Of a stretch of DNA of 64,000 nucleotides, positions 26,001 to 37,393 are shown piece by piece. A program made the position numbers and the translations under genes. Source of the DNA: Nitrospirota bacterium (GTDB lineage Bacteria > Nitrospirota > UBA9217); NCBI GenBank assembly GCA_963741205.1, contig CAVUHW010000012.1, forward strand, positions 1-64,000, written 5' to 3'. The notes below the pieces were generated by a model. The model was not told the origin of the DNA, made no database searches, and was given only the letters and a program-made list of their open reading frames with translations. The stretch's first letter is position 1, and every line of letters starts with the position of its first letter.

Positions 26001-28490
26001 ATGACACTCGACCGAGATCGCGTCCTGCGGGGCGGCGAGACGACAGAATCGCAACCCGCAAATGCGGCGATTGCGCCCGGGCATCCAGGCACTCCCCCGA
26101 CCTGGACGAGCAGCGCCAAGGACATGGTCGGCTGCGCCTCGGCCCGGCGCGGCTGTGGTTCACGCTCGGCTTCGGCATCGTCAACGAGGTCTATTACCCG
26201 CGCGTCGACATTCCGCAGATCCGCGATCTCGGGTTTATCGTCGCCGGCCCCGACGGTTTCTGGTCCGAGGTCAAGCGCAACGAGAACTATACGCTGCGGC
26301 TGTGGCGCCCGGGCGTGCCGGCGGTCGAGATCGTGCACGAGCACCCGCGCTATACGCTGCGGCTGCGCATCACCCCCGATCCGCGGCGCGACGTGCTCGT
26401 CATCGAGTGCCGGCTGGAGCCGTCCGGCGAGGCCGGGGGCGACGGCGATCTCGGCCTCTATGTGCTGGTCGCGCCGCATCTCGGCGCCACCGGCTACGAC
26501 AATATCGCCGACGGTCGAGCGCTACCGCACGCGCCGCGTGCTGTGGGCCGAGCAGGGACCGTTCGGCATGGCGCTCGCCGCGGTCGACGAGCATCAGCGC
26601 GACGCCTTCGGCCGCGCCAGCGCCGGCTATGTCGGCAGCAGCGACGGCTGGCAGGATTTCGCGCGCAACGGCGCGATGACCTGGCAGTACCGCCACGGCC
26701 GGGCCGGGCAATGTCGCGCTGATCGGCGAGTTGCCGCGCCGCGCGTCTTGGCGCTCGGCTTTGGCAGCAGCGCCGAATCGGCCGCGACGCTGGCGATCTC
26801 GAGCCTCATCCAGCCGTTCGACAATGTGTTGCAGCAGCAGATCGCCGAATGGGAGCCTGGCAGGCGCGCTGCGCCGAGCACGGCGCGCCGACCGCTCGAT
26901 GTGCCGGCCGCGATCCGCGAGCAGGCTCGTCGTTTCGGCGATCGTGCTCCGCGCGCATCTCGACAAGACCTATCCCGGCGCGATGGTCGCCAGCCTCAGC
27001 GTGCCGTGGGGCGACACCGGCAACGAGCGCGGCGGCTATCACCTGGTCTGGCCGCGCGATCTCGTCGAATGCGCCGGCGCGCTGCTGGCGCTCGGCGCCG
27101 AAGCCGAGGCGCGCGACACGCTGCGCTATCTGATCGCGACGCAAAACGAGGATGGCCACTGGAACCAGAACCAGTGGCTCGGCGGCACGCCGTATTGGCA
27201 GGGGCTTCAGCTCGACGAGACGGCGTTTCCGGTGCTGCTCGCCGCCGCGCTCGACGAGCGCGACGCGCTGCGCGGCATCGAGGTCGAGGACATGGTGCGC
27301 CGGGCGCTCGGCTACATCGCGCGCACCGGGCCGTCGACGCGGCAGGACCGCTGGGAGGAGAACGAGGGCATCAATGCCTTCACCTCGGCCGTGTGCATCG
27401 CGGCGCTGGTCGCCGGCGCGGCGTTGCTGCCGCCGCCCGAAGCAGGATTGGGCGCTGGCGCTCGCCGATTTCTGGAATGCGCAGATCGAGGCGTGGATCA
27501 CGGTCAGCGGCACCGAGCTGGCGCAGCAATACGGCATTCCGCGGCTATTATCTCCGCGTCGCGCCGCCGGGCATCGTGACCGAGGCCGGAGCAAGCAGCG
27601 CGATCGTGCCGATCCGCAACCGTGCCGACGACGGCGGGCTGCGCGGCGACGCAGCAGATCGGCACCGAATTCCTGCAGCTCGTGCGCTTTGGGTTGCGCG
27701 GCGCCGACGATCCGCTGATCCGCGGCGTCGCTGCGCACTCGCCGACGCGCTGCTGCGCAGCCGACACCCGAACGGGCCCGGTGTGGCACCGCTACCGCGG
27801 CGACGGCTACGGCGAGCACGCGGACGGCCGCGCCTTCGACGGCACCGGCATCGGCCGCGGCTGGCCGCTGTTGACCGGCGAGCGCGGCCATTACGAGCTG
27901 TGCGCCGGCAACGACCCGCTGCCCTATCCTCGAGGCGATGGCGGCGATGGCCAGCCCGGGCGGGATGATCCCCGAGCAGGTGTGGGACGCCGAGCCGATC
28001 CCGGCGCCGGTTCTGTTCCCGGGCCGGCCAAGCGGGTCGGCGATGCCGCTCGCCTGGGCCCATGCCGAATTCGTCAAGCTCTTGGTGTCGCGCAGATCGG
28101 CCGCCCGTTCGATCGGCCGCGCGCGGTCTGGCAGCGCTATCGCGGGCGGCGGCCGAGCGCGCAGCACGCGTTCTGGTGGCCGCACGCCCCGATCGGCGCG
28201 ATGCGGCCGGCGCATGCCTGGCGATCGCCCTGCCGAGGCCGGCCGTCGTGCATTGGGGCCGTGACGGCTGGCGAGCGATAGCGAGGACCCGACCGGCGAC
28301 ACCGGGCTGGGCTTCCATGTCGCCGTGCTCGACACAGAAAGCCTACTACCAGGTGCCCGGATCGATTTTACCTGGCGCTGGCAGGACACTGGCGAATGGC
28401 ACGGCTGCGATTATACAGTTACCGCAGCTGCTCGGCTCAACGCATCCGAAGGTGGCGCCCAGGGCGCTGATGCCGGTTGAAACGGGTTGA
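26001..28490 (+). CDS. GH15 glucoamylase / glucodextranase-like (many frameshifts)
   Basis: APGHPG..WTSSAKD, VASLSVPWG, GYHLVWPRDL, QLDE, QDRWEEN, RGWPLLTGER, PEQVWD, PLAWAHAEF. Confidence 0.9.
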
Positions 28491-28799
28491 ATCGCCAACG
28501 CGATTTCGCCACCCGGCGCGCTATCGGCGCGATCAATTCGCTAACGGGCGTTCGGGCACAGCGTGATTGCGGATTTTCAGTTCATCGCTTTGCCGAAGCG
28601 GCGACCGTACCAAGCCCGCGAGCGACGGGCGCCGGCACTGGATGGGACAGGAAAGAACGAGCCACTCTGTGTCGCCGCTGCTGGGAATTGCGCGCATTGA
28701 TGTTCGGCCTCCGAGGCGTGGCGGCTGCGCCCCACGAGCATCAGATGAGTTGCGCGGTCCATAAGATAGGGGTTTCTCGTGTAGGTTTCCTCCAGGCCG

Positions 28800-29120
28800 C
28801 GAGGTGACCGGTGAGCATATACGCGAAACAGGGCCGGAGAGCGTAGTGACGGCGCCTTTGGTCTCGAGAAATCGGGAGAGCTAATGATATATGAAATATC
28901 ACCGCACCGAGCGCGACGCGGCCGCGGGCCGGCGGCGATGCGAAGCCATGGTCACTGAGCTCCTGCACGCTCTGAAAGGCGAGGAATGAGGCGAGCGTCC
29001 GCTTGGAGAGCGGGCGATAAAGCCCGATCACCGCACCGAGCAGAGCGGGCGACGTCGTCGCCAGCCCGTGCGGGGCGGCACCGAGTAACGGGATCAGGGC
29101 GGCGTCGTCATAAACACCAT
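28800..29120 (-). pseudogene. Possible remnant of a ZIP-like membrane protein N-terminus
   Basis: [40 protein letters not shown]; resemblance from memory only. Confidence 0.3.
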
Positions 29121-29473
29121 CGCAGTGGGTACCGACGGCGGCGACACAACATCGTTTGTAAATACAGTGATGGTTGCGGGAAGCTCGGCCGCCCGCAGCG
29201 CGGCGACGGCCGCCACAATCGTAAAATCTATACGCAAACTATACGCACCGACTGCCCACGCGATATCAACTCTTTATCCGGGGCCGCCCATTTCGCCGCC
29301 GTCATCGGTGTCACGTCGATACCGATTGGAACAGAGGTCGGCAGAGATGCAGCCCGATTTTGGAAGGTCGAGCCATATTCCGGATATTTCCTCACGGGTT
29401 GCGTATCGCGGCATCGCCCGAGCATCCGGTCATCGAGACGATCGAGCAGATCGCCGAGCGGGTCGCCGGGGGG

Positions 29474-29557
29474 ATGGTAGCTGTGGCGCCGCTGTTTTGG
29501 TTGACGCTCCTCCTCGCGTTCGTGGCGGTAGCGTTCGGAATTATTCCCACCCAATAA
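29474..29557 (+). CDS. 27-aa hydrophobic peptide [27 protein letters not shown]
   Basis: G-rich RBS-like run, single TM helix, upstream of the orphan kdpA. Confidence 0.4.
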   Translation: MVAVAPLFWLTLLLAFVAVAFGIIPTQ

Positions 29558-29782
29558 GTGGAGATCGCGAGCGGCAGCGCCCGACCAGCCGGGTCGAGCA
29601 TAACCGGCTGATCTGTCTCTTGGTACGTCTCGCTCAACGCGCGACCAACCGATATGCTCAACTGCAGCAATGCGGGAGCTCTCTGATGTTTCCCTCAATC
29701 GTCGTGGACTTGCCGCCGGCCGGCGCTTTCGCGCCCGGCTGGCACTCCGCCAGCGGGCGATCTCCGGCGAGGAAGCACGCCG

Positions 29783-31513
29783 ATGAGCGTCGTCGGCTGG
29801 GGACAGATCGGCCTGTTGGCGCTGCTCATCGGTCTTCTGGTGAGACCGTTGGGCGGGTACCTGGCTCGCGTCTATGCCGGCGAGCGCACGGTGTTGCAGC
29901 CGATCCTCGGACCGGTCGAAAGGGCGCTGTACCGATTGGCGGGAGTCGACGCCTCGGCCGAGCAGAAATGGTCCGAGTATGCCGTCGCCCTCCTCCTCTT
30001 CCACGCCGTCGGGATCGTGGCGCTCTATCTTCTGCTGCGCCTCCAAGATCTGCTAACGCTCAATCCGCAACTCCTTTCAGGGACTTCACCGGACCTGGCG
30101 CTCGACACCGCGGTCAGCTTCGCCAGCAATACAAGCTGGCAATCCTATGGCGGCGAGACCACGCTGTCTTATCTCGCCCAGATGGCCGGGATCACGGTTC
30201 AGAGCTTTCTCTCCGCGGCAGCGGGCATGGCCGTCGCCGTGGCATTGATCCGCGGTTTTGCACGCCGCACCACCGGCACGATCGGCAATTTCTGGGTGGA
30301 CCTCACCCGCGGCACGCTCTACGTGCTGTTGCCGATCTGCATCGTCGCGGCCCTGTTCTTCGTGGAGGAGGGCGTGCCGCAGACCTTGGGCGACTACGTC
30401 CAGGCGGAAACCGTGGAGGCGGGGAAGCAACTCATAGCGCGCGGCCCGGTCGCGAGCCAGGAGGCCATCAAGCTGATGAGCGGCGATGGCGGCGGTTTCT
30501 TCAACGTCAATTCGGCGCACCCGTTCGAAAATCCGACGCCGCTGACGAACCTCGTCGAAATGGGGCTGATCCTGTTGATTGGGGCGGCCTTGACCAACAC
30601 CTTCGGCCGCATGGTCGGCAGCGAACGGCAAGGCTGGGTCTTGCTCGCGACGATGGCGTTGCTGTTCGGGCTCGGAATTGCCGGCCTGTACGCGCTGGAG
30701 ACGCGCGGCAACCCGGCGCTCGCCGCGGCCTCGGTCGACCAGGCACCCGGCCCCTTGCAGCCCGGCGGCAACATGGAGGGAAAGGAGGTACGCTTCGGCA
30801 TCGCCGGCTCGGCGCTCTATCGCCGAGGTTTCGACGGCGTCATCGGACGGCGCGGTTGATGCGATGCACGACAGTTTCCTGCCGCTTGAGCGGCGCCATC
30901 CTGCTCGCCAACATGATGGTCGACGAGGTGATCGTCGGCGCGCCCGGCTCGGGCTTATGGGGAATGCTGCTGTTCGCCCTCGTCACCGTATTCGTCGCCG
31001 GCTTGATGATCGGCCGGACGCCGGAATACATCGGCAAGAAGATCGAGGCGCGCGAGATCAAGATGGCAATGCTGGCGCTGCTCGTGGCGCCAGCTCTGAT
31101 CCTCGGCCTGACCGCATTGGCGAGCGTCGTTCCTGCGGGGCTGGCCGGGCCGGGCAATTCCGGACCGCACGGCTTCTCCGAGATTCTTTACGCCTATACC
31201 TCGGCGGCGGCCACCAATGGCAGCGCCTTTGCCGGGTTGAGCGCGAATACGCCGTTCTACAATCTGACGCTGGCGCTGGCGATGTTCGCCGGCCGGTTCT
31301 TCGTCATCGTGCCGGTGCTGGCGATTGCCGGCTCGCTCGCGGCCAAACGTTCCGATGCCGCGCTCCGCCGGCACCCTGCCGACGGACGGCCTTCAATTCG
31401 TTCTGCTGCTTGCCGGGACGATCTTGATCGTCGGCGCTCTCAGCTTCTTTCCGGCACTGTCGCTCGGTCCGCTGGTCGAGCATTTCGCTATGCAGGCGCG
31501 GGTCACCTACTGA
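29783..31513 (+). CDS. kdpA: Orphan KdpA paralog with divergent filter loops (frameshifts)
   Basis: Full-length KdpA features ([49 protein letters not shown]); no kdpB or kdpC follows. Confidence 0.9.
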
Positions 31514-31550
31514 CCAATGGTCAAGCCGCGTTGAGCGCAGATTTGGGCTG

Positions 31551-31796
31551 TCAGCGCGATCTCGTATCGACGACCAGGTCGGCGGCAGCCGATCCGAGAT
31601 CATGGTGATGAGAATAACGTCGCAGCATCTTGAGTAAGGTCGATTTTGGCACAGGCGTCCCCAATCGGAGCTTCGCCAGAACCTTAGGATTGACCTTCAG
31701 TGCCTGACTGACCTCGGTATCGCTCGCATAATGCTGGGAAACCATGTCCGCCCATTGCCGGCAAACAAACCAGGCGCGATCCTTCTTCTTGCTCAT
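31551..31796 (-). CDS. Small protein, possible XRE-like HTH
   Basis: [22 protein letters not shown] helix-turn-helix-like pattern; RBS GAGG. Confidence 0.5.
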   Translation of the reverse strand: MSKKKDRAWFVCRQWADMVSQHYASDTEVSQALKVNPKVLAKLRLGTPVPKSTLLKMLRRYSHHHDLGSAAADLVVDTRSR

Positions 31797-31889
31797 CTGA
31801 CGCCCTCATCCTCGCTATATCGCCGATGGTTTCCCAGCGCGACCTATCTGCTTCGGCGCGCCGAATTTTTACCGTCCCCGCTCGCGTCG

Positions 31890-32123
31890 CTACGCCGCCT
31901 GCGTAATACCACGCCCGGGCGGTCGCTCATTCTGAACCGCGCTGTCCTGAATGCGGGCGCAGACGCCGTAATCGCGAAGACACTCGACCGCGATCTCGGC
32001 CTCGTCGCGCGGCACTCCGCGAACCCAAGCTCCATGCGTCAAGCTGCGTTGAACCTTGAGGCCCAAGGCCTCGGCGGCTGCTTGCGCATTGGCAGGAATA
32101 GCAATATCGACGAGATCGGCCAT
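31890..32123 (-). CDS. Small hypothetical protein (77 aa)
   Basis: RBS GGGGAG, MADLVDIAIPA...; co-oriented with the HTH-like ORF. Confidence 0.5.
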   Translation of the reverse strand: MADLVDIAIPANAQAAAEALGLKVQRSLTHGAWVRGVPRDEAEIAVECLRDYGVCARIQDSAVQNERPPGRGITQAA

Positions 32124-32299
32124 GTGGATCTCCCCGTCTCGAATGTTGTCACCAAACTCCGGCACGGCGCCGCGCCGACAGCAATTTCTTCGCCCGCGCC
32201 CGATCGTGCCGTGAGCGGTAGATCGAGATAACGGCGTAAAAAAACCATTCAAATCGGCGCATCGATTCGTAAACCCATGGCGACCTGATCGGCTCAAGG

Positions 32300-32330
32300 T
32301 CAAATCGTCGAGTTGGACGACTTTAAAATC
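32300..32330. other. Probable contig/chimera junction
   Basis: Abrupt change in composition, codon style and gene phylogeny; next gene lacks its N-terminus. Confidence 0.8.
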
Positions 32331-32692
32331 ATCCTTCTCGGGGGGACGATCACCCAGACCAGCAACAGCAAAGAAGGCACGGTCATCGAGGTCATCCAAA
32401 AACCCCTCGACTACTGGGGCAAACCCAAGCGTACGGACAGGACCGGCGGCCGGTTTCTCGTGCTCTCCCCCGCATACCTTAATGCGATGATCTTTGCCCC
32501 GGGCAGGGAGATCACCGTTGCGGCCGAGGTGGAAGGTACCCGCAGCAAGGCGCTGGGAGAGATGGAATACAGCTACCCGGTCGTCGCGCCAGGGAACTGA
32601 AGCTCTGGGAGCGCGAGCGTCAGTCCTGGGACAAGCCGCAATGGATCGATCCTCTCTATGATCCTTACAGCCCTGCCCGACAGGAATGGTGA
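32323..32692 (+). CDS. Slp-family outer-membrane lipoprotein, 5'-partial
   Basis: LLGGTI...IEVIQKPLD..GRFLV...GREITVAAEV. Confidence 0.8.
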
Positions 32693-32721
32693 CGAGAGTC
32701 GCGAGCCAAGCGAGGCTGCCA

Positions 32722-33225
32722 TGATCGAAAAAACCAAACCGATTATTCCCCGCCCTGCTACTGCTTGTCTTGGGATTGTGGTTTGCCGGCTGCGCGCCGA
32801 CATTCCCGCGGGAGATCACGGACAGGGTAGACAGGCACGTATCATTCAAGGAACTGCAGGCCGATCCCGAAAAATTCAAGGGCGTGTGGCTGATGCTCGG
32901 GGGTGTCATCGTTTCCTCCCGCAACGCGAACGAAGGAACGTATCTCGAGATTTTGCAGAAGCCGTTGGAAAGCGACGGCAGGCCGGAAGATACTGATGCA
33001 ACGGAAGGGCGTTTTCTGGTCCTGACCGAGGGGTATCTCGATTCAGCCGTATACCACCGCGGGAGGATAATCACCGTTGTCGGCGAGGTCGCCGGCCTGA
33101 AGACGATGCCGCTCGATCAAACCATGTATCAGTTTCCGCTTCTCGCGGCCAAGGCCCTCAACCTGTGGAAGCCGTCAAACGGCCCTCAATTCTTTTTCGG
33201 CGTCAGCGTTTTTCACCGGATCTAG
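32722..33225 (+). CDS. Slp-family outer-membrane lipoprotein
   Basis: Lipobox FAGC, LGGVIV, LEILQKPL, GRFLV, GRIITVVGEV. Confidence 0.85.
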
Positions 33226-33383
33226 CGCGTGAAACCCGGGGACGATGAATTGGCGAAACGGAGAAGGGGCGATAGAGCGTCGGCGGGAAGGGAGCTTCCG
33301 TTGTTCCACTTCTTCGTTTCTCCGCTTCACCCCCTCGCCGAGTCGGTTCAACTCCCCGCCGCTTCTGCGAAGAGAGGTCCCTC

Positions 33384-35207
33384 ATGAAACGAAGTTCTCA
33401 GCTCTTGTTCTATGTTCTCCTTGCCCTGATATTCGTCAGCATGTTCAGGATCTTTTCGGAACCCCCGAGCGAAGACATTCCCTACAGCACGTTCAAGCAG
33501 CTTCTGGCCGATAAAAAGGTGAAGGACCTCGTCATTACGCGGGACCACATCCGGGGAACCCGCCTTCCTGACAAGGGGGGTGAAAAAGAACGGCCGTTCA
33601 TGGTCGTCCGCGTTGAAGACAACGACCTGGTAAAACATATCGATGCCGCCGGCATTTCCTACAAGGGCGAGGTCAGCGAAAACTGGCTCAGGGATTTTTT
33701 GCTCACCTGGATCCTTCCGCTCGTGGTCCTCATCCTGATCTGGAGCTTTGTCTTCCGGCGCATGGGACAGGGCGGGCCGGGAGAAACGTTCATGAGCTTC
33801 GGCAAGTCGCGCGCCAAGATATACGGCGAGAGCGACGTCAAGGTCACCTTCAACGATGTGGCCGGCGTGGACGAGGCAAAGGAAGAGCTCATGGAGATCA
33901 TCGAGTTCCTCCGCCACCCTGACAAGTTCACCAAGCTCGGCGGCCGGATTCCCAAGGGCGTCCTGCTCGTCGGGCCGCCGGGCACGGGAAAGACGCTCCT
34001 GTCAAAGGCCGTGGCCGGCGAGGCCAAGGTCCCGTTCTTTTCCATGTCCGGTTCGGAATTTGTCGAGATGTTCGTCGGCGTCGGCGCCTCCCGAGTTCGC
34101 GACCTGTTCCAGCAGGCCGTGCAGAAAGCGCCCTGCATCATTTTCATCGACGAGCTCGACGCCCTCGGCCGCGCGCGGGGCATGGGGATGGCGGGCGCGC
34201 ACGAGGAGCGGGAGCAGACCCTGAACCAGCTCCTGGCTGAGATGGACGGTTTCGATCCCCGGAAGGGCGTGATCATCATGGCGGCCACCAACCGGCCGGA
34301 AATCCTCGACCCGGCGCTGCTCCGGCCCGGCCGCTTCGACCGGCACGTCCTGGTGGACCGGCCGAACATCAAGGACCGCGAGGACATCCTCCGGATCCAC
34401 ATCCGGGGCGTCAAGCTCTCGAAGGACGTTGATATCGCCGTGCTTGCGGCGCGCACGCCCGGGTTCGTCGGGGCCGATCTCGCGAACATTGTGAACGAGG
34501 CGGCCCTTCTGGCCGCGCGCAAGAACAAAACGGAGGTGGACATGACGGACTTCGAGGCGGCCATCGACCGTATCGTTGCCGGCCTTGAAAAAAAGCGGCG
34601 GGTCATGAACAAGAAGGAAAAGGAGATCGTGGCGTACCACGAGTGCGGCCACACTATCGTGGCCGAGCTTTTGCCTACGACGGACCCGGTGCACCGCGTG
34701 TCGATCGTGCAGCGCGGCATCGCGGCCCTGGGCTATACGCTCCAGCTCCCGACCGAAGACCGGTACCTGATGACCAAGGCCGAACTCAAAGACAAGCTCT
34801 GCGTGATGCTTGGGGGCCGCGTAGCCGAGGAACTCACCTTCAACGAGGCCTCGACGGGAGCTCAGAACGACCTTCAGCGCGCCGCCATCATCGCCCGCAG
34901 CATGGTGACCGAATACGGCATGACCGAGAAGTTCGGTCCCCTCACCTTCGAAAAGGAGCGCAGGCCCATGTTCCTCGACATCGGCCTGCCCCAGGGCGCC
35001 AAGGAATACAGCGAGGAAACGGCCCGGGAGATCGACCAGGAGGTAAAAAGTCTGATCGACGCGGCATACAAAAAAGTCCAGGAGATGCTTCAGGCGAACC
35101 AGGACAAGCTTAAACTTCTCGCGGCTGTTCTTCTGGAAAAGGAGACCGTCGAGGGTGAGGACATCAGGAAAATCCTGGGGCTTCCGGAAAAGAAGGAGCA
35201 GGGATAA
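33384..35207 (+). CDS. ftsH: ATP-dependent zinc metalloprotease FtsH
   Basis: Two TM helices, [29 protein letters not shown]. Confidence 0.97.
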   Translation: MKRSSQLLFYVLLALIFVSMFRIFSEPPSEDIPYSTFKQLLADKKVKDLVITRDHIRGTRLPDKGGEKERPFMVVRVEDNDLVKHIDAAGISYKGEVSENWLRDFLLTWILPLVVLILIWSFVFRRMGQGGPGETFMSFGKSRAKIYGESDVKVTFNDVAGVDEAKEELMEIIEFLRHPDKFTKLGGRIPKGVLLVGPPGTGKTLLSKAVAGEAKVPFFSMSGSEFVEMFVGVGASRVRDLFQQAVQKAPCIIFIDELDALGRARGMGMAGAHEEREQTLNQLLAEMDGFDPRKGVIIMAATNRPEILDPALLRPGRFDRHVLVDRPNIKDREDILRIHIRGVKLSKDVDIAVLAARTPGFVGADLANIVNEAALLAARKNKTEVDMTDFEAAIDRIVAGLEKKRRVMNKKEKEIVAYHECGHTIVAELLPTTDPVHRVSIVQRGIAALGYTLQLPTEDRYLMTKAELKDKLCVMLGGRVAEELTFNEASTGAQNDLQRAAIIARSMVTEYGMTEKFGPLTFEKERRPMFLDIGLPQGAKEYSEETAREIDQEVKSLIDAAYKKVQEMLQANQDKLKLLAAVLLEKETVEGEDIRKILGLPEKKEQG

Positions 35208-35240
35208 AGCAGCCTCAAGGTCATGACCAAAGCCGGCAGG

Positions 35241-35274
35241 AAAAAGGCGCTCACGATTCTTGAGAGCGCCTTTT
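35241..35274. terminator. Bidirectional intrinsic terminator
   Basis: AAAAAGGCGCTC...GAGCGCCTTTT between convergent genes. Confidence 0.75.
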
Positions 35275-35386
35275 ATAGAGAATTGGAATCAATGAATGTT
35301 TAATGCTGGTATTTTCACGGGCGCGGCTACTCGCGTTCACTGCAGTTCTTTGTTGATTGTGCTATCTCCATCCAATTGCCAAAAAT

Positions 35387-35791
35387 CTATTTTTGGAAGT
35401 ACTGTCGAACTCTAGCTGCAATCTGACGATCGGTCATCTTGTCAACTGTCTCAATGCCGGCTATGCGACCACTCAACTTGGCGCTCTCGATTCGTTTTAC
35501 CAGCTCGCCCTTTGCCTCGCCGGGACCGAAAATCAGAATTAATTCCGCATTGCGAAGATGCGAAACTACCTCATCGTAGTATTTGTCGAGATGTTCCGTG
35601 AGGCCTCTCTCCTGCGCATCATCTGCTGGAACAAGTTGGGCTGGATAGGAAGTTGTTGAGCGTACGCCCTCAAAACGGCCGAGTTGTTTTTCCACATGTG
35701 AAATTATCTCTTTTACTTCCTCCCCTTTGTCTGTAACAGACACGATAATAGCCTTCCTACGGTCGATCCACAAACCCTTTGTCGTTTTCAT
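35387..35791 (-). CDS. Conserved protein, eRF1/pelota middle-domain-like (host-attachment-like)
   Basis: GLWID..KAIIV, ILIFGPGEAKGEL, ETVDKMTDRQIAA. Confidence 0.65.
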   Translation of the reverse strand: MKTTKGLWIDRRKAIIVSVTDKGEEVKEIISHVEKQLGRFEGVRSTTSYPAQLVPADDAQERGLTEHLDKYYDEVVSHLRNAELILIFGPGEAKGELVKRIESAKLSGRIAGIETVDKMTDRQIAARVRQYFQK

Positions 35792-36454
35792 AGGTTTCTC
35801 CCTGAGATATGATGTCCGCCCGTTGTTTTAAGTATACACCAGCAATCGTTCTTGGAAGCATCGCTTCCGCTGATTTATTCGCACTGGCGTTTTTGCATGC
35901 CTGGTTCATGCTTTTACCAGCCGGAGTTATTCGCCCTTGAATCAAGTCCGATTTATTATTCTTGAGAGGCAAAGGCCCCAATGAATCGGGGATTTCGCGA
36001 AGAGCCGTCACCTCTCGGTGAGGCAGGTAATGGGATGTCTCATATCATCTCAGCGGACACGCATTTTGACTCGATAAAGGAAATCAAGAGAGAGTGCGCC
36101 CGGAACTGTATGCGCGCTCCAGGACCGGCTGAATCGCGAAGAAAAAGGATTGAGCTATACCGACCTTCTCTTGATGTGGATCAAGGAGCACGTGCGAAGG
36201 AATCAAAACGGGTCGCGTAACGGCAAGACCCCGGAGCTTTCCCCCTGATTTCCTCGACGGTCAGAGATTGATCGGAGTTTTGTCAATTCAAAGTAACCCA
36301 TTAGACGAATTGACTGTATGGGAGTGGTTGTTTATTTTACCTAACGTTGTTGTCTGCTGAGCCTACAATCATGCAGCAGTGCCCAATATATCGGAGGGCA
36401 GTATACTACTTGAAGCAGTCCCCATTGCTTCCTTCATGACCTTAAGGGCCGTTA

Positions 36455-37393
36455 TTAAGCTATGTGTTTACTATCTCTGATCTTATCCGGCAAGGGGGCC
36501 AGGTTGCGTACGATGCCAAGCCAGGAAAACAGCACAAGGAGGTAATAGGTGATGTCGACCTCCCACCAGTAGAATCCCGCACGGGCGGTTATGGGAAAAT
36601 GGTGATGATTGTTATGCCAGCCCTCGCCCAGCGTTAAGACGGCCGTCCAGATGTTATTGCGGCTGTCATTCGGCATGTCGTACCTTCGCGAGCCGTACAT
36701 GTGATCGATGGAGTTGATCGAAAATGTCGCGTGGCTGCACACAACGGTGGAGATGAAAAACCCCCATACGAGCAGTTGAAGACCGTTGGTATTCAGGTCC
36801 GGCTTATACAGGGAAAGGAGATGCCCGATGACCAGGATGATACCTGCTTCCACAATGGGAATTGCATAGGAGACATTTTCGAGAAAAATCAGTTCCGGAT
36901 ACTTTAACCAATCCTTCACGTACTCCACGCGGATTCTTTTGTTCTCAGCCGCCAGTATCCAGCCGATATGACTCCAGACAAAACCTTGTATCCTGGGAGA
37001 ATGAAGGTCCTTCTCCGTGTCCGCGTAGATATGGTGATGACGATGGATGGCGGCCCACCATAACGGCCCGTTCTGCATGGCAGAGCAGCCCCAGAACGCG
37101 AACAGAAACTGAAAGAACCTGTTCGTGGCGAAAGCGTGGTGGGAAAAATATCGGTGATAGAATGCCGTGATCGCGAACATGCGGAGAAGGTAATACAGAG
37201 CGGCGAAGAGGACGGCAAACGCGCTCCACCCGACCCATAGGACCCCGAGAGGAGCGACATGGAACAGGACAAAGGGCATATTGTCCCTCCAGTATATCCC
37301 TTTTTTCCCCTGATCGCTTTGTTCGGGCAGGATGAAGAGGCGATTGGTCCATTGACGAATGCGGACGATCCACGTATCAAGTACTCTTCCCAT
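36455..37393 (-). CDS. Delta-9 acyl-CoA/acyl-lipid desaturase
   Basis: His boxes HRYFSH, HRHHH, HNNHH. Confidence 0.93.
   Translation of the reverse strand: MGRVLDTWIVRIRQWTNRLFILPEQSDQGKKGIYWRDNMPFVLFHVAPLGVLWVGWSAFAVLFAALYYLLRMFAITAFYHRYFSHHAFATNRFFQFLFAFWGCSAMQNGPLWWAAIHRHHHIYADTEKDLHSPRIQGFVWSHIGWILAAENKRIRVEYVKDWLKYPELIFLENVSYAIPIVEAGIILVIGHLLSLYKPDLNTNGLQLLVWGFFISTVVCSHATFSINSIDHMYGSRRYDMPNDSRNNIWTAVLTLGEGWHNNHHHFPITARAGFYWWEVDITYYLLVLFSWLGIVRNLAPLPDKIRDSKHIA

Noticed and set aside
28898-29041. 15-bp direct repeat ATCACCGCACCGAGC (28898, 29027)
   Set aside because: Only two copies, both encoding LGAVI in a likely gene remnant; no mobile-element context
29125-31608. 827-aa ORF and other long overlapping or antisense ORFs
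   Set aside because: Shadow frames of GC-rich genes, stitched together by indels
31890-33074. 394-aa minus-strand ORF spanning the junction
   Set aside because: Mostly antisense to the Slp genes; only the last 77 aa have an RBS and plausible composition
36093-36110. GTGCGCCCGG as a second intron 5' end
   Set aside because: No domain V or RT downstream
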